Origin: Bacillales bacterium UBA2450
GTDB taxonomy: Bacteria > Bacillota_I > Bacilli_A > RFN20 > CAG-826
DNA length: 64,000 nt
Reading direction: 5' to 3'
NCBI GenBank assembly: GCA_002342545.1
Contig: DDQE01000050.1
Coordinates: 3,258-67,257 of the forward strand
In this document: piece after piece, positions 18,288-29,100 of the stretch
Position numbering within the stretch: the stretch's first letter is position 1
How the letters are laid out: each line of letters begins with the position of its first letter
Program-made: the position numbers and the translations under genes
The notes under the pieces: model-generated
What the model was told of the DNA's origin: nothing
Databases searched by the model: none
Seen by the model: the letters and a program-made list of their open reading frames with translations, nothing else

Positions 18288-18950
18288 ATGAACGTTGCAC
18301 TTATCGTCTTTGCAGGAAGTGGTAGTAGAATCCACTCCGACATCCCAAAACAATTCATTAAAATTAATGATATTGATTTAGTTGTGTACGCAATTAAGAA
18401 GTTCAATGATAACCCGCATATTGATGAGGTTAATTTAGTTACTTCTAAGGAATATATTCCTTATGTTGAGTGTTTTAAAGAGAAATATTCCCTAGAAAAA
18501 ATTAATAAAGTAATCGTCGGTGGAGAGACTAGACAAGAATCTGTTAGATTAGGCTTAGAGGCTCTTAATTTAGATGAAAAAGATAACATCTTAATTCATG
18601 ATGGAGATCGTCCTTTAGTGAGCCATGCGATTATTAATCAAGCAATAGATTATTTAAATGAATTTGAAGCTACTTGTCCTTTTATTTCTATAGAAGAGAG
18701 AATTCCGGAAATATCTAATTCTGGAAGAAAATATAAGTTAAATGGAGTGGAAGTGGATATCCAAACACCTCAATGTTTTAGATTTGGTCTTATTAAAGAT
18801 AAACACATTCAAAAACAAGATATACAGGTTAATGACGATATTTCATTAGTGGATCCATCTTTAGTGAGATTTTATCCTGGAGATAGATTGAACTTTAAAG
18901 TTACCACTGATGAAGATTTAAAATATTTGAAAGATTATTTAGAAAACTAA
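18288..18950 (+). CDS. IspD/TarI-family cytidylyltransferase (CDP-ME or CDP-ribitol synthase-like)
   Basis: The N-terminal VALIVFAGSGSRIHSDIPKQF matches the AAGxGxR nucleotide-binding signature of IspD/TarI. 220 aa. Confidence 0.7.
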   Translation: MNVALIVFAGSGSRIHSDIPKQFIKINDIDLVVYAIKKFNDNPHIDEVNLVTSKEYIPYVECFKEKYSLEKINKVIVGGETRQESVRLGLEALNLDEKDNILIHDGDRPLVSHAIINQAIDYLNEFEATCPFISIEERIPEISNSGRKYKLNGVEVDIQTPQCFRFGLIKDKHIQKQDIQVNDDISLVDPSLVRFYPGDRLNFKVTTDEDLKYLKDYLEN

Positions 18951-18951
18951 T

Positions 18952-19380
18952 ATGAGCAAATTTATTTTAAGCGTAAAAAAACACTATAAGGCATTTATAA
19001 TCTATGGGTTAATTGACATAGTTATTGGTTTATCAATTTTCTTAGTTTTTTATTTCGCTATAAATGTTAAAACATTTATTGGTGCGATTGATGGTACAGG
19101 TGTTGCTGGTGCTATTTTATTAGCGGCATTCATCTTTGTCTGGTTAAGTAGAAATGGTGCTTTTGATACGATGAGTTATGGCTTTTCTCAATTATTTTCT
19201 TCAATGTTTGGAAAAAAGGCGAACAAATATAACGATTTTGCCGGTTACAAAGAAAATAAAAACACCAAAAGAGAAGCTGCAAGCTATGCATATTTTATGC
19301 ATTTATTCATTTCATTGTCATTTTTTATTGCTTTTGCGGTATTAGAAATTATCTATCACACCGTTCCTCTTTTTGCCTAA
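18952..19380 (+). CDS. Small membrane protein, unknown function (DUF3899-like?)
   Basis: 142 aa with two or three predicted TM helices. Tightly packed after the ispD-like gene. Confidence 0.5.
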   Translation: MSKFILSVKKHYKAFIIYGLIDIVIGLSIFLVFYFAINVKTFIGAIDGTGVAGAILLAAFIFVWLSRNGAFDTMSYGFSQLFSSMFGKKANKYNDFAGYKENKNTKREAASYAYFMHLFISLSFFIAFAVLEIIYHTVPLFA

Positions 19381-19524
19381 TTTTTGAGTGATTTTTTATT
19401 AGTTTTTGTCTCTTTTAGGTCTTTTCTTTTATGAAAAGTGGTTGCTTTTCGTTTTCACTATAGTATATAGTATTACACAAATATTATTACGTGCCCTATG
19501 TGGACACGAGAAAGGAAGGTATAC

Positions 19525-22500
19525 ATGATTAAAGTTACAATGCTTGCTACATTATTTGCCGGACTTGTAATGGGTACAACTGTTGCTAGTGGTGCTAATC
19601 CTGCTCCTAAAGAAGTAAGAGACACCAAGATCATTGTCGAAGTTAATCGTTCGTTAGAAACGTTAACTGAAGAAGGCATCAAAAATACTCAATTGTCTGT
19701 CTATGAAAGCATTAGAAACAATATCACTAGAAATGTCGAATTAGGCACTCAATACCATGTGCTCAATAACGCATTTGTTGTTTCTATCAATAGCAAATAT
19801 GTGGACGCTGTTAAATCATTACCTGGAGTTAAAAGTGTGACCGTTAACAAATTACATATGGTCAAAACTCAAGCTCTTCAAACAACTGCAGATACTCAAA
19901 CTCCTGATCCTGAACATGATTATGGTGGATCAGAAAATGCTTCCGCAGAAACCATGCATCTTACTCCTGGAACCACAAATGATGGTGAAGGAACAGTTAT
20001 CGCAATTCTTGATAATGAATTCTATTTCCGTGGAAAAACTAAATCTGCTGATGCTTGGAAACATGTTACATTCACCGAATTAGCTTCTTCAGTGAAAGTC
20101 AAATTTGATGGTAGACCAAGCAGTTATAGCAAAACAATCGCATATACCAACAATAAAGCGACCGTTGATGCTGCTACATTAGGAGATGAAGGATCCTTAT
20201 ATTTCAATAGTAAAGTTCCATTCTATTTCGATTATGGTGGAGAAACTAATACCTATGGAGGAGATCCTAAACAAGACTTTGATGTTTCAAGTTTACTCTC
20301 TTATCACGGTTCTCACGTTGCTAGTATCGCTGCTGGAAACGACCCATATTACAAAGGTATTGCTCCTAAAGCCCAACTAGTCTGTATGAAGGTCTTCACA
20401 AACTTCGAAGCACAAAAGATTGATCAAGCAATGGGATTCCAAAGTTCCTCTGGAGCTTATGATGAACCAATTCTTAACGCTTTAGAAGACTGTATTACCC
20501 TTGGAGTTGACGGCATCAATATGTCTCTTGGTAGTAACTTAGATGACTTTGACGCTGATTCAATTACCATGAAGACTTTAGTGAAATTAACTAACGCTGG
20601 TTTATTATCATCTATCTCTGCTGGTAATAACGGTAAATCCTCATTCGCTTTTGCTGGAGGATATGGAAACTGGACAAAAGACACTGTCGAAACTGGTATC
20701 TTAGGTGGTTACGCAAATAATAAAGCAACAATGTCTATTGCTGCTGGTCAACCTGCTAAGACTTTCTATGCTTCAGCGTTTAAATATAAAGGCGTGAATA
20801 TTTCTTACCAAGACCAAGTTGTAAATATGGGTAATTCTTCTGATTACGAAGAAGACGAAGAACGCCATATGAGTGATTTGACCCCTGGTGAATCTAAAAC
20901 ACTTAACTGGGTATATATTCCTAACTTCGGTTCAAGTGCTGATTATAAAGATAAAGATGTCACTAACAAAATCGCTATCGTCAACCGTGGTAGTATCGAC
21001 TTTGCTACTAAAGTTACAACCGCTAAAGATAAAGGTGCTATTGGTGTAGTCATTATCAATAACGATCCAACTGCATCTGACTTCAACTTCCACTGTAGTT
21101 TTGGTGATTTAAAACCTACTATCCCAGTTGCTTTAGTCTTATTTAGAGAAAAGCAAACGTTTGAAAAAGATGGCTTTGGATCATTTGACATTGTTAAAGA
21201 TGAAGTTGATGTCAACCCAAGAGCAAATACTATTTCTACTTTCTCTTCTGATGGTGCAACTGCAGCCTTAGATATGAAACCAGAAATTACTGCTCCTGGT
21301 GACTTTATTAGAGGTGCTGTCCCTCCACAAAAGAAAGAAGATAAACAAGAAGAACCAGCTGGAAGAAGATATTCCACTTATGAATTCTTATCTGGTACTT
21401 CTATGAGTGCCCCTAACTATGCTGGTGCTCAAGCAGTAGTGCTTTCTAGAAAAGCAAATGAGTTAAAAAATAACTCAGCGGAATATAACGCATATCGCAA
21501 AACTGTCGATATGAGACTTATGTCTACTGCTATTCCAATGTTTGATTATGAAGAATGTCCAGAAGATGAAGGACATAAATACAATACCTCTCCACGTATT
21601 CAAGGTGCAGGTATGGCAAACGTTGGAGATGCTTATAAAACTGATGTTTATTTAGAAGGCTATGATTTATTAGGTAACCCAATTGGAAAATCTAAGATCG
21701 CCTTAAGAAATAACTCAAAAATTAACGCTGGTACTGTTTCTCTTAGCTTCTTAGCTCATAACGAGAGTACAACTGCTAAGAAATATCAAGTCAGTTATTC
21801 TGTGATGAGACCAGCGATTAAAAAGTCTAACGAAATCGTTTCTAGACAATATAATTACCGTGGCGAAGTTGATAATATCTCTTCTTTCCCAGGTTTATCA
21901 TATTGGGTTGAACAAGTTAACCCAGATGAATCTAAAGTGATTGTTGAAAGACACGCTACTGGTGATATCAACGTTGGTGACGTATTCAAAGTCACAAAAG
22001 AAATTGAATATTTCGTTCCAGATGAAAGAGCCGGACACGAAGGCGAATTATTAAAACAAACAATCGCTATTGGTAGATATAAATGTACTGATACTCAAGT
22101 TGTTGAACATGCTCCAAATGTTTATTGGACTTATGCTACTTATGAAGAACTTGAAGGTAGCAACTATCAATCAGTTCAAGACATACTCATCAAGACTGTT
22201 AACGTTGGTGAAGTGGAAATTGCTCCAGGAGACCATAAAATCGTCTTACCTGAATACAGTTTAACAACCGAACAAAAACAAGAGATCTTAGAATTCTATG
22301 AATTTGGAACTTACTTAGAAGGATTCGTTAGCCTTACAAGTATGGAAAATGAAGGCATTAACTTATCAATGCCATGGATGGGATTCTTCGGTGGAGAAGG
22401 ACAAGATTATAGTTCTGCTCCAGTTGTGGAACCATTCAACTTTGAAAAAGATGCTTCTTCCATTTATCCAAGTGAATTAAATAATGATATCGGCTATAGC

Positions 22501-23634
22501 TTATTAGGTAAAACTAATATTGATATGGGTAGTATAATGGCCACAACTTATGTTGAACCAGGTAAATCATTTAAAAAATCTGATATTTTACAAAATGATG
22601 AAAGCTTAACCCATTTAGCTAAGAGTGACGCTAATTATCACTTATTAGGAACTGACTCTGAAGGTAAATATTATAGTGACCCAGCAAATAACTTATATGC
22701 TGGTAATCCACACTCTAGTAATACATTACTCGTTCAACAATTTGTTCTTAGATCTGTTGATGATAACTACTTCACTATCACTAATAAGGCAAGTGGCAAG
22801 ATTTATATCCAAGACGTATTAGAAGATATGATCTTTGGTGAAAGATATGGTAGATACCCATTATATAAATCTCACGTTGATGAAAACTACTTAAGTCCAT
22901 ATGTTGGACATAGAGCGTTCGCTGCCATTCCATTATATGATTCAAAAACTGGTGGAAGTCTCCCTGATGGTGATTACGAAATTAAGTTCAACTATAAATT
23001 AGTTGCGACAGGTACATGGGTAAGTTTATCTTATACATTACATCTCTGTAGTAGTGAACCAACCATTAGTAGTGTTCAAGTTCTTCAAGATTCAGTGAGA
23101 TTTAACGTTTCTGAAAAATATCTCACCAACGTCAAAGTTGGACAAAGCTACTATCAAATGTCTGAAGAAGAAATTAAAGGAAACTACATTGAACTCACTA
23201 AAGAAGACATTGAACTTGAATTAGAAAATAACTTCAATGAAGTTTATGGTTCTGGACGTTTATTCATCGAATTACAAAATAAAGCTTATGGTAGAACCGG
23301 TATTATTGTTAGATTCGTTGAAAAAGATGGTGAAATCGATTTCAGTAAATACACTATCGTTGAACACTACACATTTACATTAAGTAATGACTTTGAAGAC
23401 TTAGGTACCTCTATCCATTACGTTACCTATGACTCCAAAACATATAATATTAAGGATTATGAAGTTGATGTATACGTTCGCGTCAAACGTTATTCTGATA
23501 AGCCAAGCGGAACTTCAACCGGAGGATGTGGTGGTAATGTCGCTACTACAAGCATTGTCTTATCAAGCTTGGCTGGTTTATTAGCTATTGCTATTATTCT
23601 CAGCAAAAAAAGAAAATTAGGAGGTAAAGAATAA
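19525..23634 (+). CDS. Cell-surface subtilisin-like serine protease (S8) with I9 propeptide, PA domain and C-terminal TM anchor (lactocepin/C5a-peptidase-like)
   Basis: ATG at 19525 after AGGAAGGT. Signal peptide, His motif YHGSHVASIAAGN, Ser motif SGTSMSAPNYAGAQAV. PA insert NKIAIVNRGSIDFATKVTTAKDKGAIGVVIIN. C-terminal hydrophobic helix followed by KKRK. Confidence 0.85.
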   Translation: MIKVTMLATLFAGLVMGTTVASGANPAPKEVRDTKIIVEVNRSLETLTEEGIKNTQLSVYESIRNNITRNVELGTQYHVLNNAFVVSINSKYVDAVKSLPGVKSVTVNKLHMVKTQALQTTADTQTPDPEHDYGGSENASAETMHLTPGTTNDGEGTVIAILDNEFYFRGKTKSADAWKHVTFTELASSVKVKFDGRPSSYSKTIAYTNNKATVDAATLGDEGSLYFNSKVPFYFDYGGETNTYGGDPKQDFDVSSLLSYHGSHVASIAAGNDPYYKGIAPKAQLVCMKVFTNFEAQKIDQAMGFQSSSGAYDEPILNALEDCITLGVDGINMSLGSNLDDFDADSITMKTLVKLTNAGLLSSISAGNNGKSSFAFAGGYGNWTKDTVETGILGGYANNKATMSIAAGQPAKTFYASAFKYKGVNISYQDQVVNMGNSSDYEEDEERHMSDLTPGESKTLNWVYIPNFGSSADYKDKDVTNKIAIVNRGSIDFATKVTTAKDKGAIGVVIINNDPTASDFNFHCSFGDLKPTIPVALVLFREKQTFEKDGFGSFDIVKDEVDVNPRANTISTFSSDGATAALDMKPEITAPGDFIRGAVPPQKKEDKQEEPAGRRYSTYEFLSGTSMSAPNYAGAQAVVLSRKANELKNNSAEYNAYRKTVDMRLMSTAIPMFDYEECPEDEGHKYNTSPRIQGAGMANVGDAYKTDVYLEGYDLLGNPIGKSKIALRNNSKINAGTVSLSFLAHNESTTAKKYQVSYSVMRPAIKKSNEIVSRQYNYRGEVDNISSFPGLSYWVEQVNPDESKVIVERHATGDINVGDVFKVTKEIEYFVPDERAGHEGELLKQTIAIGRYKCTDTQVVEHAPNVYWTYATYEELEGSNYQSVQDILIKTVNVGEVEIAPGDHKIVLPEYSLTTEQKQEILEFYEFGTYLEGFVSLTSMENEGINLSMPWMGFFGGEGQDYSSAPVVEPFNFEKDASSIYPSELNNDIGYSLLGKTNIDMGSIMATTYVEPGKSFKKSDILQNDESLTHLAKSDANYHLLGTDSEGKYYSDPANNLYAGNPHSSNTLLVQQFVLRSVDDNYFTITNKASGKIYIQDVLEDMIFGERYGRYPLYKSHVDENYLSPYVGHRAFAAIPLYDSKTGGSLPDGDYEIKFNYKLVATGTWVSLSYTLHLCSSEPTISSVQVLQDSVRFNVSEKYLTNVKVGQSYYQMSEEEIKGNYIELTKEDIELELENNFNEVYGSGRLFIELQNKAYGRTGIIVRFVEKDGEIDFSKYTIVEHYTFTLSNDFEDLGTSIHYVTYDSKTYNIKDYEVDVYVRVKRYSDKPSGTSTGGCGGNVATTSIVLSSLAGLLAIAIILSKKRKLGGKE

Positions 23635-26600
23635 TGAAAAAAGCTAGATATTTATTCTTATCATCTACTGCATTAGCATTCGCTGTTGTTTTAACAGCCT
23701 GTGGTGGTTCTAGTGGCGGAGGTGGCGATGTTCCACCTGTTGCCGAATTCAGCTTTAGTGCTTCATTTATTGGCACAAAAACCGACAAAATTTATGTTGG
23801 CACTGATGAATTATTAGAAATTAAAGAAGTTAATCCTGGTGAAGTTACACGTACTTATACCTATGCTTTAACTTCTGGTTCAGCTAACTTTATTTCAGTT
23901 AGTTATGACGGTGCCGCTAAATTATTTACAGTTACCCCTCAACATGATAGTGGTGATCAAAAAGTTGGTATTCGTATTACTGAACAAACTTCAGGTAAAA
24001 AATTCACCAAATTCTTCTACGTTGGTGAAAGATACGATGCCGCTAATACTGGTTATAACTTCTCAGCAGATACTGAAAAGAAATCCGAAATTTTAGGAAA
24101 ACTTGAAGAATATGCGATGAAGAATTACTTAACTGGTATCACCTTATTTGAAAATGGTGGTTATGTCCGTAAAAAACCACGTGTCCATTATGGAACAGAT
24201 AATTATGTTACTGGTTACGGATTTGGCTTATTAACCGAAGGCTATTTGGAAACTGATCCTACAAAAGCACCTCAACCAGAAGTTTCCGGATATAAAAATT
24301 ATTTACAATCCGCTCAAAGCAGCGATCCAGGTAATATTTCTGGTTGGAATGCATCTGGTAGCCAAATCGGTGATTTATATGGATATATGACTTCATCCTT
24401 ATGGGGAACAAAATTAAATTCTGCTAAAACTGGATATGAATGGTACCCTGTTTTAGCTGCGGAAAACTGTTCAGATCCAATTCCTTTAGATGGAAAACCT
24501 ACAGACACTATTCATAAGAAATACCGTGTTTATGTTAAAACTGGTAATACACCAGATGGTCCAAACGGTGAGAAATATTCCATTGCTTATCGTTCTATTA
24601 ACGGTGAACCATTTGATGGACGTGCCGTCGTCTTAGAAGATTACATCACTACATTTAGATTACTTTTAACTCAAAGTTCTAAATTAAGCCGTGGTGCTGA
24701 ACTTGCGACCGATACTTCATATGGTTTTAAAGGTGCATATGCCTACTTTAGAAAAACTGAAAAGGCAAACGACGAACAAGCTGAAGGATTCTGGTCTGAC
24801 ATGACTGAAAACGACCAATTAGGTATTGTTGCCGGAACAGACACTCAAGGCGAATATATTGATTTTGAATTTGTGAACCCAATTGATCAATTTACCGCTA
24901 AATACACTTTATCTAGCAGCTTATATAGTCCAATTCCAAAAGAATTTTTACAATCTATTGGTGGAGGAAGCTGGATTGCTGGTGGCGAAGTTGTTGGTAC
25001 TGGTTCAAAAACAAAAGGTAGCACCAAAGGTGCAATCCTTAATAACGTTATCGGTGTTGGCCCTTACTTCTTAGAAGAATGGGTTGGCGACCAAGAAATC
25101 GTCTTCAAAAGAAACGATAATTGGTTTGAGTATGTGAATTCACAAGGTACTGATAACCCACGTTATCGTATCGAAGGTGTGCACTTCCAAGTTATTAGTG
25201 CTGCTCAACAAAGAGATGACGCAATTTATGATGAATTTAACTTAAACCATCTTGATCAAACTAGTATCCCAGTATCAAGAATGGAAGAAAGACAACCAAC
25301 TGACGCTCAAACTAAGGGCGATGCAACATTTAAGTTAAATGTTAACTCTTGTGACCAAGATAGATGGGATGACTTATTCTGGTCTACTAAATATCCAGAT
25401 GTTGAAAAACCAACAAATAGATATCTTGTTAAACCATGGATGAGTAACAAAAACTTCTTAAATGGCTTATTCTGGTCTATTAATAGATCTGACTTTGCTG
25501 AAACTAGAGGTGCTATTCCTTCTTATAACTACTTTGCAGATGCTTACTTAGATGATCCAATTGCCGGTCATTCATATAACGCATCAAAAGCTCATGCAGA
25601 TGCTGAAAAAGGTTTTGACCCAAGTTTACCAACTAGTAACTATGGATTTAACCAAGCAAAAGCCACTGCATATTTCGCAGACGCTGTTGATGAATTAGTG
25701 GCCTCTGGCGACATTACTCTTGGTACAACAACAAACAAAACCACTATCAATATCGATATTTGGTGGATGTATCAAAATGACGAAAAGACTTATGGTGAAG
25801 ATATTGCAAACTACTTCCAAGATGCCTTTAATAACGAAAACGTTGGTAAAGGATGTGTTGAATTAAAAGTTAGACATTTTGCTGAATCTCAATGGGAACA
25901 AGTTTATAACGACCACTTAATGGTTGGTGTCTATGACCTCGGATTTGGCGCTATTAGTGGTAATACATTAAATCCACTTAACTTCATGGAAGTCTTAAAA
26001 AGTGATAACTCTTCAGGATTCACTCTTAACTGGGGTGCTGATACTTCTAAAGTTGATCCTGATGACCCAATTGTCTTTGAAGTCAAAGAAGATGGTGCAG
26101 ATGTTAAAAAAGAATGGTCATTTGACTCTGCTTGGGCAACTGCAGATCATGGCGCAGTCGTTAGAGATGGTGAACCTGTTGATTCTGTTCAAGTTGGTTA
26201 TACAACTAAACCTACTACTCCAAGTGGTGCTGATACCAATAGATTAGCTAATGGTGCCATCATGAAATGTAACTTCGAATTTGTTGAAGTTGATCCTGGT
26301 GTTGAATTTGAAATTACTAGAGTTCAGTTGTCCTTAATGGGCTATGGTTCTATCACTATTGATGAATCTAACATCGAGAGGTTATACGTTGATGATGACC
26401 CAACTAAAGCAATTATTGGATTCAAGATTATCTTTGATAACGAAACAGTTAAAGAAGAATATGAAAATATGCCTTTCTCTAAATACGTTAATAAGATGTT
26501 GTTTGATGGTTTGAAATTACAAAAACAAATTGATAACTTAGATCCAACTGATCCAAAATACGCTGAAAAGAAAGCGGAATTAGAGAATCCATTAGCATAC

Positions 26601-26741
26601 GATTATTACGATGCTTATTGGTGGGTTGATGTTTATTATAACATTACAATCTCTGGCTCTGTTCCAACTGAAAACTACTATAAAGTCACCAAGACCAAAC
26701 AAACTAAAGCTTTGTCATTTGCTAGTTTAGGAGGTAGATAA
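23634..26741 (+). CDS. oppA: Large oligopeptide-binding lipoprotein (OppA-like substrate-binding protein)
   Basis: Lipobox VLTAC-GGSSGGGG. 1035 aa. Its start overlaps the protease stop (TAATG). It heads an oppBCDF operon. Its size is typical of Mollicutes OppA. Confidence 0.6.
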   Translation: MKKARYLFLSSTALAFAVVLTACGGSSGGGGDVPPVAEFSFSASFIGTKTDKIYVGTDELLEIKEVNPGEVTRTYTYALTSGSANFISVSYDGAAKLFTVTPQHDSGDQKVGIRITEQTSGKKFTKFFYVGERYDAANTGYNFSADTEKKSEILGKLEEYAMKNYLTGITLFENGGYVRKKPRVHYGTDNYVTGYGFGLLTEGYLETDPTKAPQPEVSGYKNYLQSAQSSDPGNISGWNASGSQIGDLYGYMTSSLWGTKLNSAKTGYEWYPVLAAENCSDPIPLDGKPTDTIHKKYRVYVKTGNTPDGPNGEKYSIAYRSINGEPFDGRAVVLEDYITTFRLLLTQSSKLSRGAELATDTSYGFKGAYAYFRKTEKANDEQAEGFWSDMTENDQLGIVAGTDTQGEYIDFEFVNPIDQFTAKYTLSSSLYSPIPKEFLQSIGGGSWIAGGEVVGTGSKTKGSTKGAILNNVIGVGPYFLEEWVGDQEIVFKRNDNWFEYVNSQGTDNPRYRIEGVHFQVISAAQQRDDAIYDEFNLNHLDQTSIPVSRMEERQPTDAQTKGDATFKLNVNSCDQDRWDDLFWSTKYPDVEKPTNRYLVKPWMSNKNFLNGLFWSINRSDFAETRGAIPSYNYFADAYLDDPIAGHSYNASKAHADAEKGFDPSLPTSNYGFNQAKATAYFADAVDELVASGDITLGTTTNKTTINIDIWWMYQNDEKTYGEDIANYFQDAFNNENVGKGCVELKVRHFAESQWEQVYNDHLMVGVYDLGFGAISGNTLNPLNFMEVLKSDNSSGFTLNWGADTSKVDPDDPIVFEVKEDGADVKKEWSFDSAWATADHGAVVRDGEPVDSVQVGYTTKPTTPSGADTNRLANGAIMKCNFEFVEVDPGVEFEITRVQLSLMGYGSITIDESNIERLYVDDDPTKAIIGFKIIFDNETVKEEYENMPFSKYVNKMLFDGLKLQKQIDNLDPTDPKYAEKKAELENPLAYDYYDAYWWVDVYYNITISGSVPTENYYKVTKTKQTKALSFASLGGR

Positions 26742-26743
26742 TT

Positions 26744-27913
26744 ATGAAAAAATCCATGTTATCTATCATTGGATTAGTTGCTGCTATGACTTTAACAGGT
26801 TGTGGTGGTGGAAGTGAGGCTCCTATTAGCACCTCTTCCGTCATTCTTCCTGTTGAAAGCATTAGACTTAACGCTGGTAAAAAGGCACTTCTAGTAGGGG
26901 ATACCCTTCAAGTGAATCCGCTAATAACTCCTTTACTTGCCTCTAGCGCTACTCTAGTTTATGAAAGTAGCGATAAAGAAGTTGCCGCTGTTGATTCTAA
27001 TGGCTTAGTTACAGCTAAAAAGCAAGGAAGCACAACAATTAAAGTTAGTAGCAAAGATAATCCAAAAGTTTATACAGAAATGGAAATCTTTGTTGTTGCT
27101 AATCAAAGTGCTGATGTCATTCAAAATAAACTTGCTAACTTATTAGTTTATCAAAAAACTAAAGTTAAAAAGCCAAGAAAATTAGCAACAACTGAAGTTG
27201 AAACTAGAACTTTATATGTCGATGGAAAAGTCTCCAAAAAAACATATGAAATCGCTGATTTTATTCTTGATAAAGATGAAGCATATTTCTACATTGGTGG
27301 AATAGACAAGGAGTCAAAATTTTTTGACGCTCCAGAACATAGATCTACATTTGGTCATCATTTCTATACCGATGTTGACTACCATAGCTTCCTTTATCAC
27401 GAAACTGATAATGTCCATAACTGGTGTTATGTTCCTACCGAATTCTATTTAGGCACTGGCACTACTAGAGACGGCGTTATCTATGCGATGATGGGCTCTT
27501 TCTTCAATAGTGGTTCTGACATTGCTGAAAACACAGTGGAATATTCTATGAGTTCAGATTTTCTCGGACCAACCTATAGAAAAATGTGTTACGCTGGTGG
27601 ATTTGATGATGATATGGTTTTTGGAAAATTCCAAGCCTCAAGCAAAGGTCAAGAAGCCGATATTACTGAAGAAAATAACTTAGATATTCCAGCCGGAACT
27701 CTTTATGATGAAAGCGACAATTTTGAAATTTATTGGTATAAAGGTAATGCTAAATATTACCGTGTAAACTTTAAACTCTCATATGTCATTGATGGTCATA
27801 ATTATGTTCTTGATATCATTAGAGACTATTCATTTGATAGAGATGACGAATTCTCATATCAATTACCTGATCGTAGCAAATATATTCAGGTGAAGGATGT
27901 CTTTGAATTATAA
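26744..27913 (+). CDS. Lipoprotein with a Big_2 (bacterial Ig-like) domain, unknown function
   Basis: Lipobox TLTGC-GGGS, RBS GGAGGT. The Big_2-like stretch runs LQVNP...ATLVYESSDKEVAAVDSNGLVTAKKQGSTTIKVSS. Confidence 0.7.
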   Translation: MKKSMLSIIGLVAAMTLTGCGGGSEAPISTSSVILPVESIRLNAGKKALLVGDTLQVNPLITPLLASSATLVYESSDKEVAAVDSNGLVTAKKQGSTTIKVSSKDNPKVYTEMEIFVVANQSADVIQNKLANLLVYQKTKVKKPRKLATTEVETRTLYVDGKVSKKTYEIADFILDKDEAYFYIGGIDKESKFFDAPEHRSTFGHHFYTDVDYHSFLYHETDNVHNWCYVPTEFYLGTGTTRDGVIYAMMGSFFNSGSDIAENTVEYSMSSDFLGPTYRKMCYAGGFDDDMVFGKFQASSKGQEADITEENNLDIPAGTLYDESDNFEIYWYKGNAKYYRVNFKLSYVIDGHNYVLDIIRDYSFDRDDEFSYQLPDRSKYIQVKDVFEL

Positions 27914-27931
27914 TCATTAACAATACAACTA

Positions 27932-27956
27932 AGGGCGTAGAAATACGCTCTTTTTT
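27932..27956 (+). terminator. Rho-independent terminator after the Big_2 lipoprotein gene
   Basis: agggcgta-GAAA-tacgctct is an 8-bp stem with a GNRA loop, followed by TTTTTT. Confidence 0.55.
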
Positions 27957-27982
27957 GATGCCAATTATTAATAATTGTTATA

Positions 27983-28012
27983 TTGCTTTTTATTAATCGT
28001 TTGTACTATAAT
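27983..28012 (+). promoter_or_regulatory. Candidate oppBCDF promoter (TTGCTT-18-TATAAT)
   Basis: TTGCTT at 27983-27988 and TATAAT at 28007-28012. An inverted repeat ACTTTAC-n6-GTAAAGT lies in the leader just downstream. Confidence 0.4.
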
Positions 28013-28058
28013 AAATAAACACTTTACACTAAAGTAAAGTTAGAAAGGAAAAAGAGTA

Positions 28059-29099
28059 ATGCTAAAGTACGTAATTAAAAGAATCGTTCTTGCTCTTATT
28101 ACTGCTTTTATCATCCTTTCTATTACCTTTATTTTAGTTAAATCATTAGGTATTGCAGATACTACTTTCGGCGCTAAAGAAAACGTTAAACACGCCTTCT
28201 ATTTAAAACAGCTCAACTTAGGATATGTTGTTGTTTTTGATCATGAAGTAGATGGGTATGGCAAACTACTTGCTCAATTCCATATTGAAGGTGTTGATGA
28301 ATATTTCTATGCGCGCCCTATCTTAGAGCAGTATTTTGCTTGGCTAAAGAATATCTTTACAGCGTGGGACTGGGGTGAATCGACATCTATTGAATTAAGA
28401 TCTCAGGCTACGGATATTATTGCCTCGAGATTACCTACATCTATGTATATAAATATTGTTTCCGTTGTGGTATCTGTTCCACTTGGTATCGGCTTAGGCA
28501 TTTTAGCTGGATTAAAGAAAAATACATGGATTGATCATCTCATTTCCACATTGGTTATGATATTTATTTCTATCCCATCATTCGTTGTTATTTCATTCTT
28601 GATGTATTTCTTATGTTATAAAAATCAATTGCTGCCGTCGATGTGGCCGAACCCGAGTGACACTACTGCTAATAAAATCTTAGCTTATTTCATTCCGGTA
28701 ATGTCTTTATCCTTTGGTAGTATTTGTGGATATACTCGTTTTGTTAGAGCAGAACTTTGTGAAGTTATGTCTAGTGAATATTTATTATTAGCTAGAACTA
28801 AAGGTTTAACTAAAAATCAAGCAATCACTAGACACGCTTTAAAAAATGCATTCGTTCCAATTCTTCCATCTATTTTAGCGGAATTCATTGGGATCTTTGG
28901 TGGTTCAATGATTTTGGAAAAATTGTACGGCATTCCTGGAATTGGTGACTTATATATTAGATCCATTAACGAAAAAGACTATAACGTCTTAATGGTGGAT
29001 ATGGCAATCTTTACCACAGTCGGTTTATTAGCGGGCATTGTTTTAGACTTGTCCTACGGCTTTATTGACCCACGTATCAGAATGGGAGAAAAGAAATAA
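28059..29099 (+). CDS. oppB: Oligopeptide ABC transporter permease OppB
   Basis: ABC permease signature region LLARTKGLTKNQAITRHALKNA (EAA-like loop). Six TM segments. Confidence 0.85.
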   Translation: MLKYVIKRIVLALITAFIILSITFILVKSLGIADTTFGAKENVKHAFYLKQLNLGYVVVFDHEVDGYGKLLAQFHIEGVDEYFYARPILEQYFAWLKNIFTAWDWGESTSIELRSQATDIIASRLPTSMYINIVSVVVSVPLGIGLGILAGLKKNTWIDHLISTLVMIFISIPSFVVISFLMYFLCYKNQLLPSMWPNPSDTTANKILAYFIPVMSLSFGSICGYTRFVRAELCEVMSSEYLLLARTKGLTKNQAITRHALKNAFVPILPSILAEFIGIFGGSMILEKLYGIPGIGDLYIRSINEKDYNVLMVDMAIFTTVGLLAGIVLDLSYGFIDPRIRMGEKK

Positions 29100-29100
29100 G

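Noticed and set aside
19381-19470. Hairpin cttttc-ttttat-gaaaag after the small membrane protein gene as a terminator
   Set aside because: It is only a 6-bp A/T-rich stem with no contiguous T-run, so it is too weak to call.
20186-26247. Short ORFs inside the subtilase-1 and oppA-like genes (20186-20380, 20457-20684, 20943-21377, 22070-22264, 23905-24096, 24314-24508, 24883-25074, 26002-26247)
   Set aside because: All are embedded in long, domain-supported genes, in other frames or strands. Spurious.
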